A program made the translations under genes and the position numbers. Of a stretch of DNA of 64,000 bases, positions 1-9,186 are shown one piece after another. The stretch's first letter is position 1, and every line of letters starts with the position of its first letter. The stretch comes from Candidatus Latescibacterota bacterium (GTDB lineage Bacteria; Latescibacterota; UBA2968; UBA8231): assembly GCA_965223905.1 (NCBI GenBank), contig CBDCXV010000010.1, positions 480,001-544,000 on the forward strand, written 5' to 3'. The notes under the pieces were generated by a model. It saw only the letters and a list, made by a program, of their open reading frames with translations. It was not told the origin of the DNA and made no database searches.

Positions 1-55
1 TTCGATGCAACGAGGTTTCACTATCTGGCGGCGATGAACCCGCCTCTACCACCCA
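1..55 (+). ncRNA. 3' part of a putative tRNA-like RNA upstream of rtcB (5' half outside the window)
   Basis: Hairpin ttcg-atgcaa-cgag (1-14, GCA in the loop), then a T-arm-like hairpin ggcgg-cgatgaac-ccgcc (27-44), then 7 nt (tctacca) + 1 nt + CCA ending at 55. This is tRNA 3'-end geometry, but the loops are non-canonical (no TTC). Confidence 0.4.
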
Positions 56-76
56 CCACCCTGGCATTCGGTGCCC

Positions 77-1285
77 ATGAAATCCCACACTGAAATCGAA
101 GGCGTCCCGGTCTGGGGGAAACCCCTCGACAACGCGGTAAGGCAGATCGTCAACTGCGCCCGCAGCGCCGAGCACGCCGCCCTCATGGCCGACCACCATC
201 TCGGCTACGCCATGCCGATCGGCGGGGTGGCCGCCTACCGCGACGCCGTCAGCCCCTCCGGGGTCGGCTACGACATCAGCTGCGGCAACAAGGCGGTCCT
301 GCTCGACGCCGATCCCGATCTCGTCGCCTCCGAAACCGGACCCATCATGGACGAGATCTGGGAGACCCTCTCCTTCGGCATCGGCCGCAGGAACGACGAA
401 CCGGTGGAGCACGTGCTGTTCCGCGACGATCCCGCCTGGGACATCGACGTCGCGGCAAAGCTGAAATCCCTGGCGCAAAGCCAGCTGGGGACCATCGGCT
501 CGGGCAATCACTACGTCGATCTCTTCCTCGACGAGGAACGGCGCGTCTGGTGCGGGGTGCACTTCGGCTCGCGCGGCCTCGGCCACAAGCTGGCGACCCA
601 TTTCATCAAGGCGGGCGGCGGCAAAGAGGGAATCGACGTCGATCCCGTGCTCCTCGGCACCGGCTCCCAGCTCGGCCAGGAGTACGTCGCCTGCATGAAG
701 CTCGCCGGCCGCTACGCCTATGCCGGCCGCGACTGGGTGTGCGCCAAGGTCGCCTCCCTGCTGCACTGCAACATCGTCGCGGAGGTGCACAACCACCACA
801 ACTTCGCTTGGGAGGAAGAGCATTTCGGCGAGAAGCTGTGGATCGTGCGCAAGGGGGCCACCCCCGCCTTTCCCGGGCAGCGCGGCTTCATCGGCGGCTC
901 CATGGGAGACATCTCCGTGATCGTCGAGGGGGTCGACGGCGAAGAGAGCGCCAAGTCCATGTACTCCACCGTTCACGGCGCCGGGCGGGTGATGTCGAGA
1001 ACCGCGGCCGCGGGCAAGCGGCGCTGGAAACGGGCGCGGCGCAAGGCCGGGAAGAAACAGATGCAGGTCAAGGCGGGCGCCATCAGCCGCGAGATGATGA
1101 TGGAATGGGTTTCGCGGGAAGGGGTGGTGCTGCGCGGGGCCGGAACGGATGAATCGCCCCATTGCTACAAGCGCCTTCCGGAAGTGTTGGAGTATCACTC
1201 CGCGGGGATTCGCATCCTGCACACCCTCAAACCGATCGGGGTGGCGATGGCCGGGGCGAACGAGTACGACCCGTTCCGCGACTGA
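77..1285 (+). CDS. rtcB: RNA-splicing/repair ligase RtcB
   Basis: Motifs DHHLGYAMPIG, GVGYDISCGN, GTIGSGNHY, HFGSRG, HNHHN, RKGATPA and HGAGR. Start is ATG 77 or GTG 71. Confidence 0.95.
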   Translation: MKSHTEIEGVPVWGKPLDNAVRQIVNCARSAEHAALMADHHLGYAMPIGGVAAYRDAVSPSGVGYDISCGNKAVLLDADPDLVASETGPIMDEIWETLSFGIGRRNDEPVEHVLFRDDPAWDIDVAAKLKSLAQSQLGTIGSGNHYVDLFLDEERRVWCGVHFGSRGLGHKLATHFIKAGGGKEGIDVDPVLLGTGSQLGQEYVACMKLAGRYAYAGRDWVCAKVASLLHCNIVAEVHNHHNFAWEEEHFGEKLWIVRKGATPAFPGQRGFIGGSMGDISVIVEGVDGEESAKSMYSTVHGAGRVMSRTAAAGKRRWKRARRKAGKKQMQVKAGAISREMMMEWVSREGVVLRGAGTDESPHCYKRLPEVLEYHSAGIRILHTLKPIGVAMAGANEYDPFRD

Positions 1286-1348
1286 TGCCGTGCCCGTCCG
1301 GAGGGCCGGGGTCGCCCCGAGCGATCCGATTTCCAGGAGAAAGCCAAC

Positions 1349-2446
1349 GTGATAGAGGTCAAATCGACAGGGCTCATCTACCGCAACCCCAAGCCCTACC
1401 TCAGGTCGATCCACGCCTGGCACCCGACCATCGTGCCCCTCGGGGGCGGGGAGATGCTGGCCGGCTTCGACCTCGCCGAGGCGATCTCCGCGGCGAACTA
1501 CCGTTCCTACGTGTCGAGGTCGAACGACGGGGGCGAGACCTGGAGCGAGCCGCGCCGCCTCGTGCCCGGCCACACCGAAGTCACCGATTTCATCCGCCTG
1601 AGCCGCCTGTCCGACGGCACCGTCCTCGGGGTGGGCCACCGCAAGGAGCCGGACCTGGAGACCCAGAGCTGGAACCCGGAGACCTACGGATGCCGCCCCG
1701 GCGAGTGGTTCACCATCCGCAGCGCCGACAACGGCGAGACCTGGAGCGAGCCCGCGGTTTTCGAGCCGGCGATCACGGGACAACCCTGGGAGATCTGCCA
1801 CGCGGCGCTGGAAGTCGGCGACGGCCGCCTGCTGCTGCCGGCGGGATTGCTGCGCACCTGGGAGGGGGAGGCCCCCAACGGTCTGAAGACGGTCGCCCTG
1901 GTCTCTCACGACCGCGGGGCGACCTGGCCCGACCACCTCGAGCTGTTCAGCGACCCGGAGGGCGGGACCCTATTTCACGAGGTCAGTCTGATCGAGCTGG
2001 CGGGCGGCGGCCTGCTGTCGGTCGCCTGGCCGTTCAACCCGGAAGTGGGGCGCACGGTGACGAAGGTGCCGTTCGCCCTGGCGCCCGACGGCAGGGAGTT
2101 CAGCCTGCGCGGGTCGACGGAAATACCGGGAGAGACCACCAAGCTCGTCGGCCTCGGGGGCAACCGCGTCATGTCCTTCATGCGCAGGACCGACCGGCCC
2201 GGGTTGTGGGCCTGCGTGTCGCGGATCGAAGGGGACCGGTGGATCAACGAAGCGGAAGCCCCGGTCTGGCAGGGGGCGGAATCGCGCATGCTGGGGGATG
2301 GCCGGGCCGCGGAAGAGCTGGCGGCCCTGCAGTTCGGTTTTCCGAACCCGCACCTGCTGGAGGACGGGGACGTCTTCGTCGCCTTCTGGTGCCGCGAGGA
2401 CTGCATCCACAACATCCGCTGGGTGCGGCTGGGTGTGGCGCGGTAG
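1349..2446 (+). CDS. BNR/Asp-box sialidase-like beta-propeller protein
   Basis: Asp-boxes SNDGGETW, SADNGETW and SHDRGATW; RBS aggagaa before the GTG start. Confidence 0.8.
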   Translation: MIEVKSTGLIYRNPKPYLRSIHAWHPTIVPLGGGEMLAGFDLAEAISAANYRSYVSRSNDGGETWSEPRRLVPGHTEVTDFIRLSRLSDGTVLGVGHRKEPDLETQSWNPETYGCRPGEWFTIRSADNGETWSEPAVFEPAITGQPWEICHAALEVGDGRLLLPAGLLRTWEGEAPNGLKTVALVSHDRGATWPDHLELFSDPEGGTLFHEVSLIELAGGGLLSVAWPFNPEVGRTVTKVPFALAPDGREFSLRGSTEIPGETTKLVGLGGNRVMSFMRRTDRPGLWACVSRIEGDRWINEAEAPVWQGAESRMLGDGRAAEELAALQFGFPNPHLLEDGDVFVAFWCREDCIHNIRWVRLGVAR

Positions 2447-2664
2447 GGAAGGGACCATTAACCGGCTCGACCCGCCAGGGGGGAGGGGTATCCAGGGTCC
2501 GGCGGGGACCGGAGGTTCCCTAGGGCTTAACTGTGGCCACCGGGCCGGGTATTTCGGAAACCAGGGGTGGGGCCTTTTGGATAATAGTGGGTTTTGGTAA
2601 AGAAATGAAGAAAGCCCGAACCAAGGAAAATAAGAAGATTGATAAATTATTTAAATATATTTGT

Positions 2665-4470
2665 TTATTTTAACTGGTTCCAAAGCCACTCAGCTTGCTG
2701 GGACCCTTCAATAACGATCCCAATCTCACGTGCGTTTTTGAATGTCCCAAAAGGGTCAGCGGAAAGAAAATTATAGCTACTCACGCAGGCAAGGTTATCC
2801 CTAACAATAACTTTCCCATGAAATTTGGGTTGATATTCAAGAACCCCATTTCCATTTTCTATTATTTTGGAAACCTTCTGGAGTCGAGTCTCATCATCGA
2901 AGGGATGCCCGTAAATAACCCTAAAGGAAAAGGATGCTGGGCGGTTAGAGGTAGAGGTAGAGGTAGAGGTAGAGGTAGAGGTGGCTAATCGGGTCTCGGA
3001 TGCGTACCCAAGTTTATGTGAAGTTATAAGGAGTCTATTTTGGGCAGTTTTTATCCACTCATAGAGAAGCGATTCATGTTCCCGATCAAGCATGAGACGT
3101 ATTTTAATTTCGTTTTCAGACGGAACATAATTGGTGGCTTCCCGTTCCAGCTCGGCTGCAGTTCGCCGCCACCGATCGGCAGTGCTGGAAAGGATTTCGG
3201 AATCAAAATCACCCCAAAGGGCTGCCCCGCACCGGGCAAGTGCAGCGATTGCACCGGGGGTGAAAAATCGTATTGTGACTTCCAAAGGATTTGAACCTTC
3301 CTGTGGGTTAACCTGATGGGACAACCAGTTGTAAGAACCTATACATGCTTTAAACCCGGAGGGCCCATCCCATATCATGTATTTTCCGTGGGAATTGGAG
3401 GGCTCTCTATTAAAACGTACCTTCCCCCAACCACGATGCTTTTTGGCTTCATGAGAAACCTTACTAAACCAATCAACAACTGATTTCTGATCGCAATAAT
3501 TACCCAAATATCCCCAAAGAAAATCGAGGTTAACACCACGTTCCAATGCAGAAAAAATGTCGTTTTTAAGATGCTCTAGCTTCTGGGTATTTACAAATGC
3601 AGAGGCAAGAAAAAGTGAAGTTTGAACTTCACTAAATGCCAAAGAAAAAAGTTCTTCGTGGTCATTTTCAGTAAAGAAAAAATCGTCCTTTGAAATACGG
3701 GCCTGCCAGCCTTCGGAGGTAATTAAAGGAGTTATTGATCTATTTCTCTGATAATTGGACTCAGACCGGGTGATTCTTTGAGGAGCCAATTGAAGTGCCC
3801 GACCTTTTTCACCAAGTGCCTCCCTTTCTATAACGCCCAGTGCTTCATCAATTACCGTAGCTCGTAGCCGTGGACCCCAAGCGTCGGGTAGCCCTACTAT
3901 CCCTTCGCTATCCAAGTCTACGTTAATGGGTACCCAATTCGAGCCTTTGGTTACCATATCGATCGGGCCAATCCAACGAACCCATTCGCCCTGCCTTCGA
4001 GGCAGGAGGTGCTGAACCTGCCCCTCATCCACTCGATTGTCTGTTACCAAGGGAGTAACCCGAACGGTCTGATCCCAAACATCTTCTAATTCTTTCTGTG
4101 AAAAGAATTTCACATCATTGTTGGGAATCAAAGCACCTGTAATTCGTTCCATAACGATGGTTGCTTGACGAGAGGCTACTTCTGTAATAGATGGTGGTTG
4201 ACCGGTACCCACGGCATCAACCCCCGCTGAGGTTAGGACAAAGCCCTGATGTCCTATCCCGCCAATAGAAACCCAACCGGCATGGGTTAATGTCACAAGG
4301 GCTTCAATAAGTAATCGGGGGTGAATTGAAAATGTCCTTTCAAGGTCAGAAATTTCGTCGGCGCCCTCTTCGATTGCCCGCAGTATCAATCTCTCGAGTT
4401 GAGAGAATGGACGCCCTGTGGCCACCTCGTAGGAAATTCGAAACCGGCTTATGGGTACCAATAAAATCAT
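2665..4470 (-). CDS. mkoB: Phospholipase D-family nuclease with N-terminal wHTH-like region (Mokosh type I MkoB-like)
   Basis: Two intact HxKxxxxD motifs (HGKYMIWD...GSYN and HGKVIVRD...SSYN). ATG at 4470 lies 2 nt after the helicase stop, suggesting coupling. AT-richer than the flanks. Confidence 0.8.
   Translation of the reverse strand: MILLVPISRFRISYEVATGRPFSQLERLILRAIEEGADEISDLERTFSIHPRLLIEALVTLTHAGWVSIGGIGHQGFVLTSAGVDAVGTGQPPSITEVASRQATIVMERITGALIPNNDVKFFSQKELEDVWDQTVRVTPLVTDNRVDEGQVQHLLPRRQGEWVRWIGPIDMVTKGSNWVPINVDLDSEGIVGLPDAWGPRLRATVIDEALGVIEREALGEKGRALQLAPQRITRSESNYQRNRSITPLITSEGWQARISKDDFFFTENDHEELFSLAFSEVQTSLFLASAFVNTQKLEHLKNDIFSALERGVNLDFLWGYLGNYCDQKSVVDWFSKVSHEAKKHRGWGKVRFNREPSNSHGKYMIWDGPSGFKACIGSYNWLSHQVNPQEGSNPLEVTIRFFTPGAIAALARCGAALWGDFDSEILSSTADRWRRTAAELEREATNYVPSENEIKIRLMLDREHESLLYEWIKTAQNRLLITSHKLGYASETRLATSTSTSTSTSTSNRPASFSFRVIYGHPFDDETRLQKVSKIIENGNGVLEYQPKFHGKVIVRDNLACVSSYNFLSADPFGTFKNAREIGIVIEGSQQAEWLWNQLK
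2946..2981. repeat. (TAGAGG)6 in-frame microsatellite encoding (Thr-Ser)6
   Basis: Six perfect hexamer copies; the protein reads ATSTSTSTSTSTSNR. Confidence 0.95.
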
Positions 4471-4472
4471 GA

Positions 4473-7400
4473 CTATTCCGACGGTGAAGGCTGACCAGCC
4501 ATAATACGTATGGAACGCCCAGTCAGGAACCATTCATCCAAGGTAGAAAGCACTTTTTTCCAATGCCAAAGATGATGATAGGGATCATCAAGTGTAACGG
4601 CACCGAGTTGATGCTGAAAAAACTCCCAGCTACCAACAAGAATCAGGAGGCGTTCTGCCCTGGATAGGAGAACGTTGATCCGTGGCGCTTCATCAAGAAA
4701 CCCAAGTCCCTGCCCAATTGGAAATGTATTGTTTCGGACAAGGCTAACGGCAATAATATCGGCTTGGTTCCCTTGAAACGAGTCTACCGTGTGCGCTACT
4801 CTTTCTTTTGTTCCTTCCTGGTTTTTTCCAGGGCGGTTTCTAAGCGCCTTTTTTAGAACCAACCCGGCATCTCCAATCGACCTCCGCAAATTTTCATCCC
4901 GGTTTATTTGAACCACCTGTTGATTGTAAGGCGACAAGACAGCTGCCGTTAGTGCTCCAGAAGTATTATAATTTACCAAATCCCGGCTCTGTCTTAACCC
5001 GCCAAAGAAGGACCCAAGAGCTTTAATTTCTTCGGTGTTTGAGAACCGGGGTCCACCGGTGGAAGGTCCCTTTTCGGAAAATTCGCTTCGAATAGCCGAC
5101 CACGGTAAGTCAAGCCAAATAATGGCCTTTTCGTGGATTTTGCCCGGGGCCTGAAACGGGTGACGTAGCCGGTGCAACGGAAATCCACTTTCATCGAATG
5201 TCTGGTTTTTAAGTTCCCCATTATAAAAGGTTGTGGAAATAAGATCCCCTATAACAGGATGCATCCGATGCTGATGAGAGAGCATACCTGCCGCGGCTCC
5301 TTCAACTTCACTGTCGGTATATTTCTCGGTGCCAGTGGCAACGCTACAATACTCAAAAACACGCTCGAAGGTGTTCAGCCACTGACGGGCATAATTTTTA
5401 AACTCTAATTGATCGCCGGGGTTAAGATCCCTCCAAGAACGTATCCATTCCATGTCAAGAAGGCCACCGCCCCGATCAGGAAGCTGTTCGAGGGCGTTTA
5501 CAGCATCGTCAAGGAAATCTAACCCTTCCCGGTAATCCTTAAACCGGTAAGGAGGGAGTTGTTTGTGGTCACCGATGAGAAGCCATCGATGTCCAGCTTG
5601 TAGCGGTAGTGCAAGGTCAAACCCATGCGCCTTACCTGCTTCCTCTACAATGGTCCAGTCAAATGACTGGTTTTCCTCAGCGAGAACTTCAAGGTCACCA
5701 GCACTCGTCGTACAATAAGTAACATTGGCACCCCGCTTAACCATCTGGCAAAAATCTGGCGCAGTACTTTCAGGAGCCCGGTTCATGAAAGAGGACTCCA
5801 TTTCAACGACGGAATTTAACCATTCATTTTGTAAAGGCGTCCTATACGGTAAATCTTTTAAACGGCGTTTAGCTTTTTGAAGAATTTGAAGACTCACTTC
5901 CTCCGATGAGCCTTCTCCTGGCGTGGAATCATTGGGGTCAGAGGGACGAAGCCTGACCGCTAATGGCTGCTGTTCTTCCGAAACGCCGTGAAACGCTTCG
6001 TCACGAACCTTGGCTCTCAAAACATCTACGGCCCCATGCGCTTGGGCAGTTATAAGAACTTGGGCAACTGGATCGTCTTCAAAAATTTGTCGCAGTAAAT
6101 GGGCCACAAGGGTGGTTTTCCCGGTTCCGGGCGGACCCTGCAATGCGTATATGGGCCGGACTCTAAGAATGTCTTGAATGGCAACCTCCTTTGCTTCATC
6201 CACCAACGACCTTTCTATTGGCACTGGCAAAGGGACTGAACCAGTATCCATGTAAACTTGCCCCGGGGAAGAAAGGGATCTCAGCAAGTAGGAATGATTT
6301 ACAATTCGGTCAATAGCTCGTTTCCTTCGTCGGATCAACGCTACCTGACCGAACATCCCCCATGTCCTGATTACGCCCTCTCGGGGTGGTGAATTCCCCG
6401 GTTCACCAACGCGGACGCGAGTAAGAGTAACCAGACCCAGATTAGAATTTATTTCTTCTATTTTCCAACCATCAGTCTTTGTTATCGAAGGCAACATGAG
6501 CCCATCGTTTTCTTTTTCAGTCAAAACAACAAGATTGCAATCAGGTTTTCCCGACTCGAGTTCCCGAATCAAATACTCCGCCATTCCCCCTTCGATTCGA
6601 CAGAATGTCGCCGTTGGCCGCAGTCGACTACTCTCCTTGATTTGAATGCGATCAACACCAGGGGAGGGGGAATGTTGAACCAGAGAGTAATGGAAAATTT
6701 CGGAATCTCGGATCAGGAGTTCCAACTGATTCGTACACCGTAGAAAATCGTAGAACCGTGAAAGGCTCATTCGTAAAGCTACTGAAGCGTCAAGAGTTGG
6801 TAGGTAACGTTCCCAATTTCGAGCGTTTTGACGAATGGTTCGATTGGAAAGATCCCATTTTGTACGTACAACAACCAAGTCTTTTGGAAGAGTCGCGCAG
6901 GCAGCCCCACCCTCGTTCCATCGTAGTTCGCCAACTCCTTGGCAGAAGGCAAGATCCCATGTCGACCCTGAATCATCCTGAAAAGGCGTAATTTGGAGAA
7001 TGAGTTGCTCCCCGATTAGCAAAAAGTAGGATGCCTTTGGAACGACGTACATTTGCGGGCGGGAAAGATCCTTTTTTACAAACTCAGTCAGCCCAGCGAC
7101 ATGTAGTGGAGCATTTGGATTAAACGCATCATATTTTTTATCTGGATTTGGTACGAATCCAAGTTCTAAAACGCGATCCAGAAGCTCTCTACATGTTCTT
7201 GGATTAATAACCAGAACAAGAGCCCCCTTGTCACCTTGAGAGTTTACCCCTCGGTCCAAGGCCCTCATGATTTCCTGTATGGCGGTATCGACTTCATAAC
7301 CTCGTGTGATCCGGTCCTGGGGGTTTGGTGCGATCAGACGGAATAAAAGTGTTTGTTCTAAATCCGAAAGCAGGGCCCCAGGTTTCTCAATCTGTCTATA

Positions 7401-8126
7401 AACTCCCTCCCAGCGGGAAACAGGTTTTTCCCTGGCATACGGTTCTACATTCAACAATAACCGCGCAGCCAGCATCCCGAATCCAAACCAATCCGTTTCC
7501 GGTCGATAACCAAAAACCTCTTCCCGAAAAAACTCTGGAGGGGAAGACCAACTTGGGGGAGGTGCCTGCGCCTGCGGAGTACCCAGCCTGACACTCCACT
7601 CAAACCCACCTAGCCTCAAAGAGTCGGCTGCTATTTCTTTGTTAAAAAACACTGCATCCGCCCCCAAATTCCGATGTAATATATTTTGATCGTGCAAGAG
7701 CCGAATTCCTGAAGCCAAACGGCGGATGCTTGCCCAGAGTCTGCGGCGAACCTGAAGTTCCTTTGTTGCCAGCCACGGTACCCCACCCCTATGAGTCACC
7801 ACTGTCTCCAAGCTTTCATACCCCGGGGCCTCTAGGACCATGACAAAACATCGATTTTCCCGATCAACCCCAGCATCACGAAGTACGAGGAGGGACTCTT
7901 CAGCCCCAGGTGAACTTCCGACACGGTAGAGCATTCGGAGCTCCGCGTCCCAAAGAGCCCGCCCTAGGTCATCAGGTCGTTCAGTCTCGAACATCCAAAT
8001 TTTGATAAGGTATTGTGTATTTTCTTCATCAACGCCCAACCAAGCTTGCGCTGCCGCGTCGGTGGTAACCGGTCCCGAAACCAGTCTGTATTTCGCCTTT
8101 AAAAGCTCCACCCCAGGCTCTATCAT
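4473..8126 (-). CDS. mkoA: Ser/Thr kinase-like domain fused to an SF1 (UPF1/DNA2-like) helicase (Mokosh type I MkoA-like)
   Basis: N-terminal kinase fold (YLIKIW, LHRNL, ETDWFGFG). Helicase motifs GPPGTGKT, IVEEAGKA, LIGDHKQLPP, QHRMHP, SPYNQQ, TVDSFQG and RINVLLSRA. Followed by a PLD gene. Confidence 0.85.
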   Translation of the reverse strand: MIEPGVELLKAKYRLVSGPVTTDAAAQAWLGVDEENTQYLIKIWMFETERPDDLGRALWDAELRMLYRVGSSPGAEESLLVLRDAGVDRENRCFVMVLEAPGYESLETVVTHRGGVPWLATKELQVRRRLWASIRRLASGIRLLHDQNILHRNLGADAVFFNKEIAADSLRLGGFEWSVRLGTPQAQAPPPSWSSPPEFFREEVFGYRPETDWFGFGMLAARLLLNVEPYAREKPVSRWEGVYRQIEKPGALLSDLEQTLLFRLIAPNPQDRITRGYEVDTAIQEIMRALDRGVNSQGDKGALVLVINPRTCRELLDRVLELGFVPNPDKKYDAFNPNAPLHVAGLTEFVKKDLSRPQMYVVPKASYFLLIGEQLILQITPFQDDSGSTWDLAFCQGVGELRWNEGGAACATLPKDLVVVRTKWDLSNRTIRQNARNWERYLPTLDASVALRMSLSRFYDFLRCTNQLELLIRDSEIFHYSLVQHSPSPGVDRIQIKESSRLRPTATFCRIEGGMAEYLIRELESGKPDCNLVVLTEKENDGLMLPSITKTDGWKIEEINSNLGLVTLTRVRVGEPGNSPPREGVIRTWGMFGQVALIRRRKRAIDRIVNHSYLLRSLSSPGQVYMDTGSVPLPVPIERSLVDEAKEVAIQDILRVRPIYALQGPPGTGKTTLVAHLLRQIFEDDPVAQVLITAQAHGAVDVLRAKVRDEAFHGVSEEQQPLAVRLRPSDPNDSTPGEGSSEEVSLQILQKAKRRLKDLPYRTPLQNEWLNSVVEMESSFMNRAPESTAPDFCQMVKRGANVTYCTTSAGDLEVLAEENQSFDWTIVEEAGKAHGFDLALPLQAGHRWLLIGDHKQLPPYRFKDYREGLDFLDDAVNALEQLPDRGGGLLDMEWIRSWRDLNPGDQLEFKNYARQWLNTFERVFEYCSVATGTEKYTDSEVEGAAAGMLSHQHRMHPVIGDLISTTFYNGELKNQTFDESGFPLHRLRHPFQAPGKIHEKAIIWLDLPWSAIRSEFSEKGPSTGGPRFSNTEEIKALGSFFGGLRQSRDLVNYNTSGALTAAVLSPYNQQVVQINRDENLRRSIGDAGLVLKKALRNRPGKNQEGTKERVAHTVDSFQGNQADIIAVSLVRNNTFPIGQGLGFLDEAPRINVLLSRAERLLILVGSWEFFQHQLGAVTLDDPYHHLWHWKKVLSTLDEWFLTGRSIRIMAGQPSPSE

Positions 8127-8361
8127 AAGTACTTAAGACCTCCCGAAAATTTGGATAAATTTATCAGGTACTTTCGTATCCCGTACCTGCCCAGTCTTTC
8201 CCCATTATTCTCACTACTGATTAGGGATTTTAAAATGTGGCAGGCAACATCCCTTCTCATTGAAACAGATGCCTAGCGACCACTCCACAACTTCAAACAC
8301 ATTTCCCCAATCGGAGTAATTCCAAATACCTGTTTTTCTTCCTAGGTCATGCATTTACCTT

Positions 8362-8613
8362 TTAGCCGAAGGGCGTCAGTGAACCCCCACGGTCCAAAAT
8401 CCCATAGGCAATCATCCCGAGCTTCGTATTATTCGCGAGTTTCCGGCGATTGTAGTCGCTGGTCTTGTGGCCTTGGAAATAGGTGAGTCGCACCACTTCC
8501 TCAAACCCGTGCCAGTCGCCGCCATAGGTGTCCGCTAGTTCCAACACCGTCGTAAGCTCAACCTGCGAGGGCGAAAACTCACTGCCGAAAGGAAGGTCGC
8601 TCCTCCTTCTCAT
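8362..8613 (-). pseudogene. Truncated N-terminus of a probable restriction endonuclease-like protein
   Basis: Good RBS (aaaggtaggaga) before ATG 8613. The 83 aa MRRRSDLPFGSEFSPSQV...KLANNTKLGMIAYGILDR resembles, from recollection and unverified, the N-terminus of much longer restriction-associated proteins. It stops abruptly. Confidence 0.4.
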
Positions 8614-9186
8614 TCTCCTACCTTTCTGGAAGACCGTTGCGCGTTCCATGCATCCCCCTCCCCGATGTAGCCTGATCGGACCTGAGGTTATGGATGTGGG
8701 GGACTTGGATAATCGCTGGCTTTTTTTCGGATGGTCCAGGAGGTTAGCCGGTTTTGTACCCCTGCAAACGCAGTCATAGGTATTCGACATCTGCTTTGAA
8801 CAAACCCTCAAGCATGCGGGTTTTCTTTCCACCCGGGCCATCGGTGTGCCTGCCTACTACATCTGGTATTTCTCACCCCTCCTTTTCCACAAAATACAAT
8901 ATATGATGACTTGATCAATAGACGAAACCGCTCGACCTTCCCTGAGGGACCCCCAAAAGTTCGTTTACAGTGTCCGCAATCTTACCTCCAGTGTTTGAGA
9001 TTGGACAGACGGCTTGGGACTTTGGAGCATATTCCCTGCTCCGTGCGGACGATATTTTGCCGGCCTCATCGGCGCGGTCATTAGCCGGAAACCCGTTTTT
9101 CCAGCTCAATACCGGTCCATTTTGGACGGGCCGCCACCGGGGCAAACCCACACTTTCCGCCCTCACCTTTTTGTGGAGTGGACCCC

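Noticed and set aside
1-60. Group II intron 3' end (domains V/VI) or a canonical tRNA-Cys
   Set aside because: No domain V catalytic-triad hairpin is visible, and the loops lack the TTCRA T-loop and 7-nt anticodon loop. Kept only as a tRNA-like candidate.
9023-9042. Hairpin ggagca-tattccc-tgctcc near the island's right edge as a terminator or att site
   Set aside because: Only a 6-bp stem, with no U-tract and no matching copy at the left edge.
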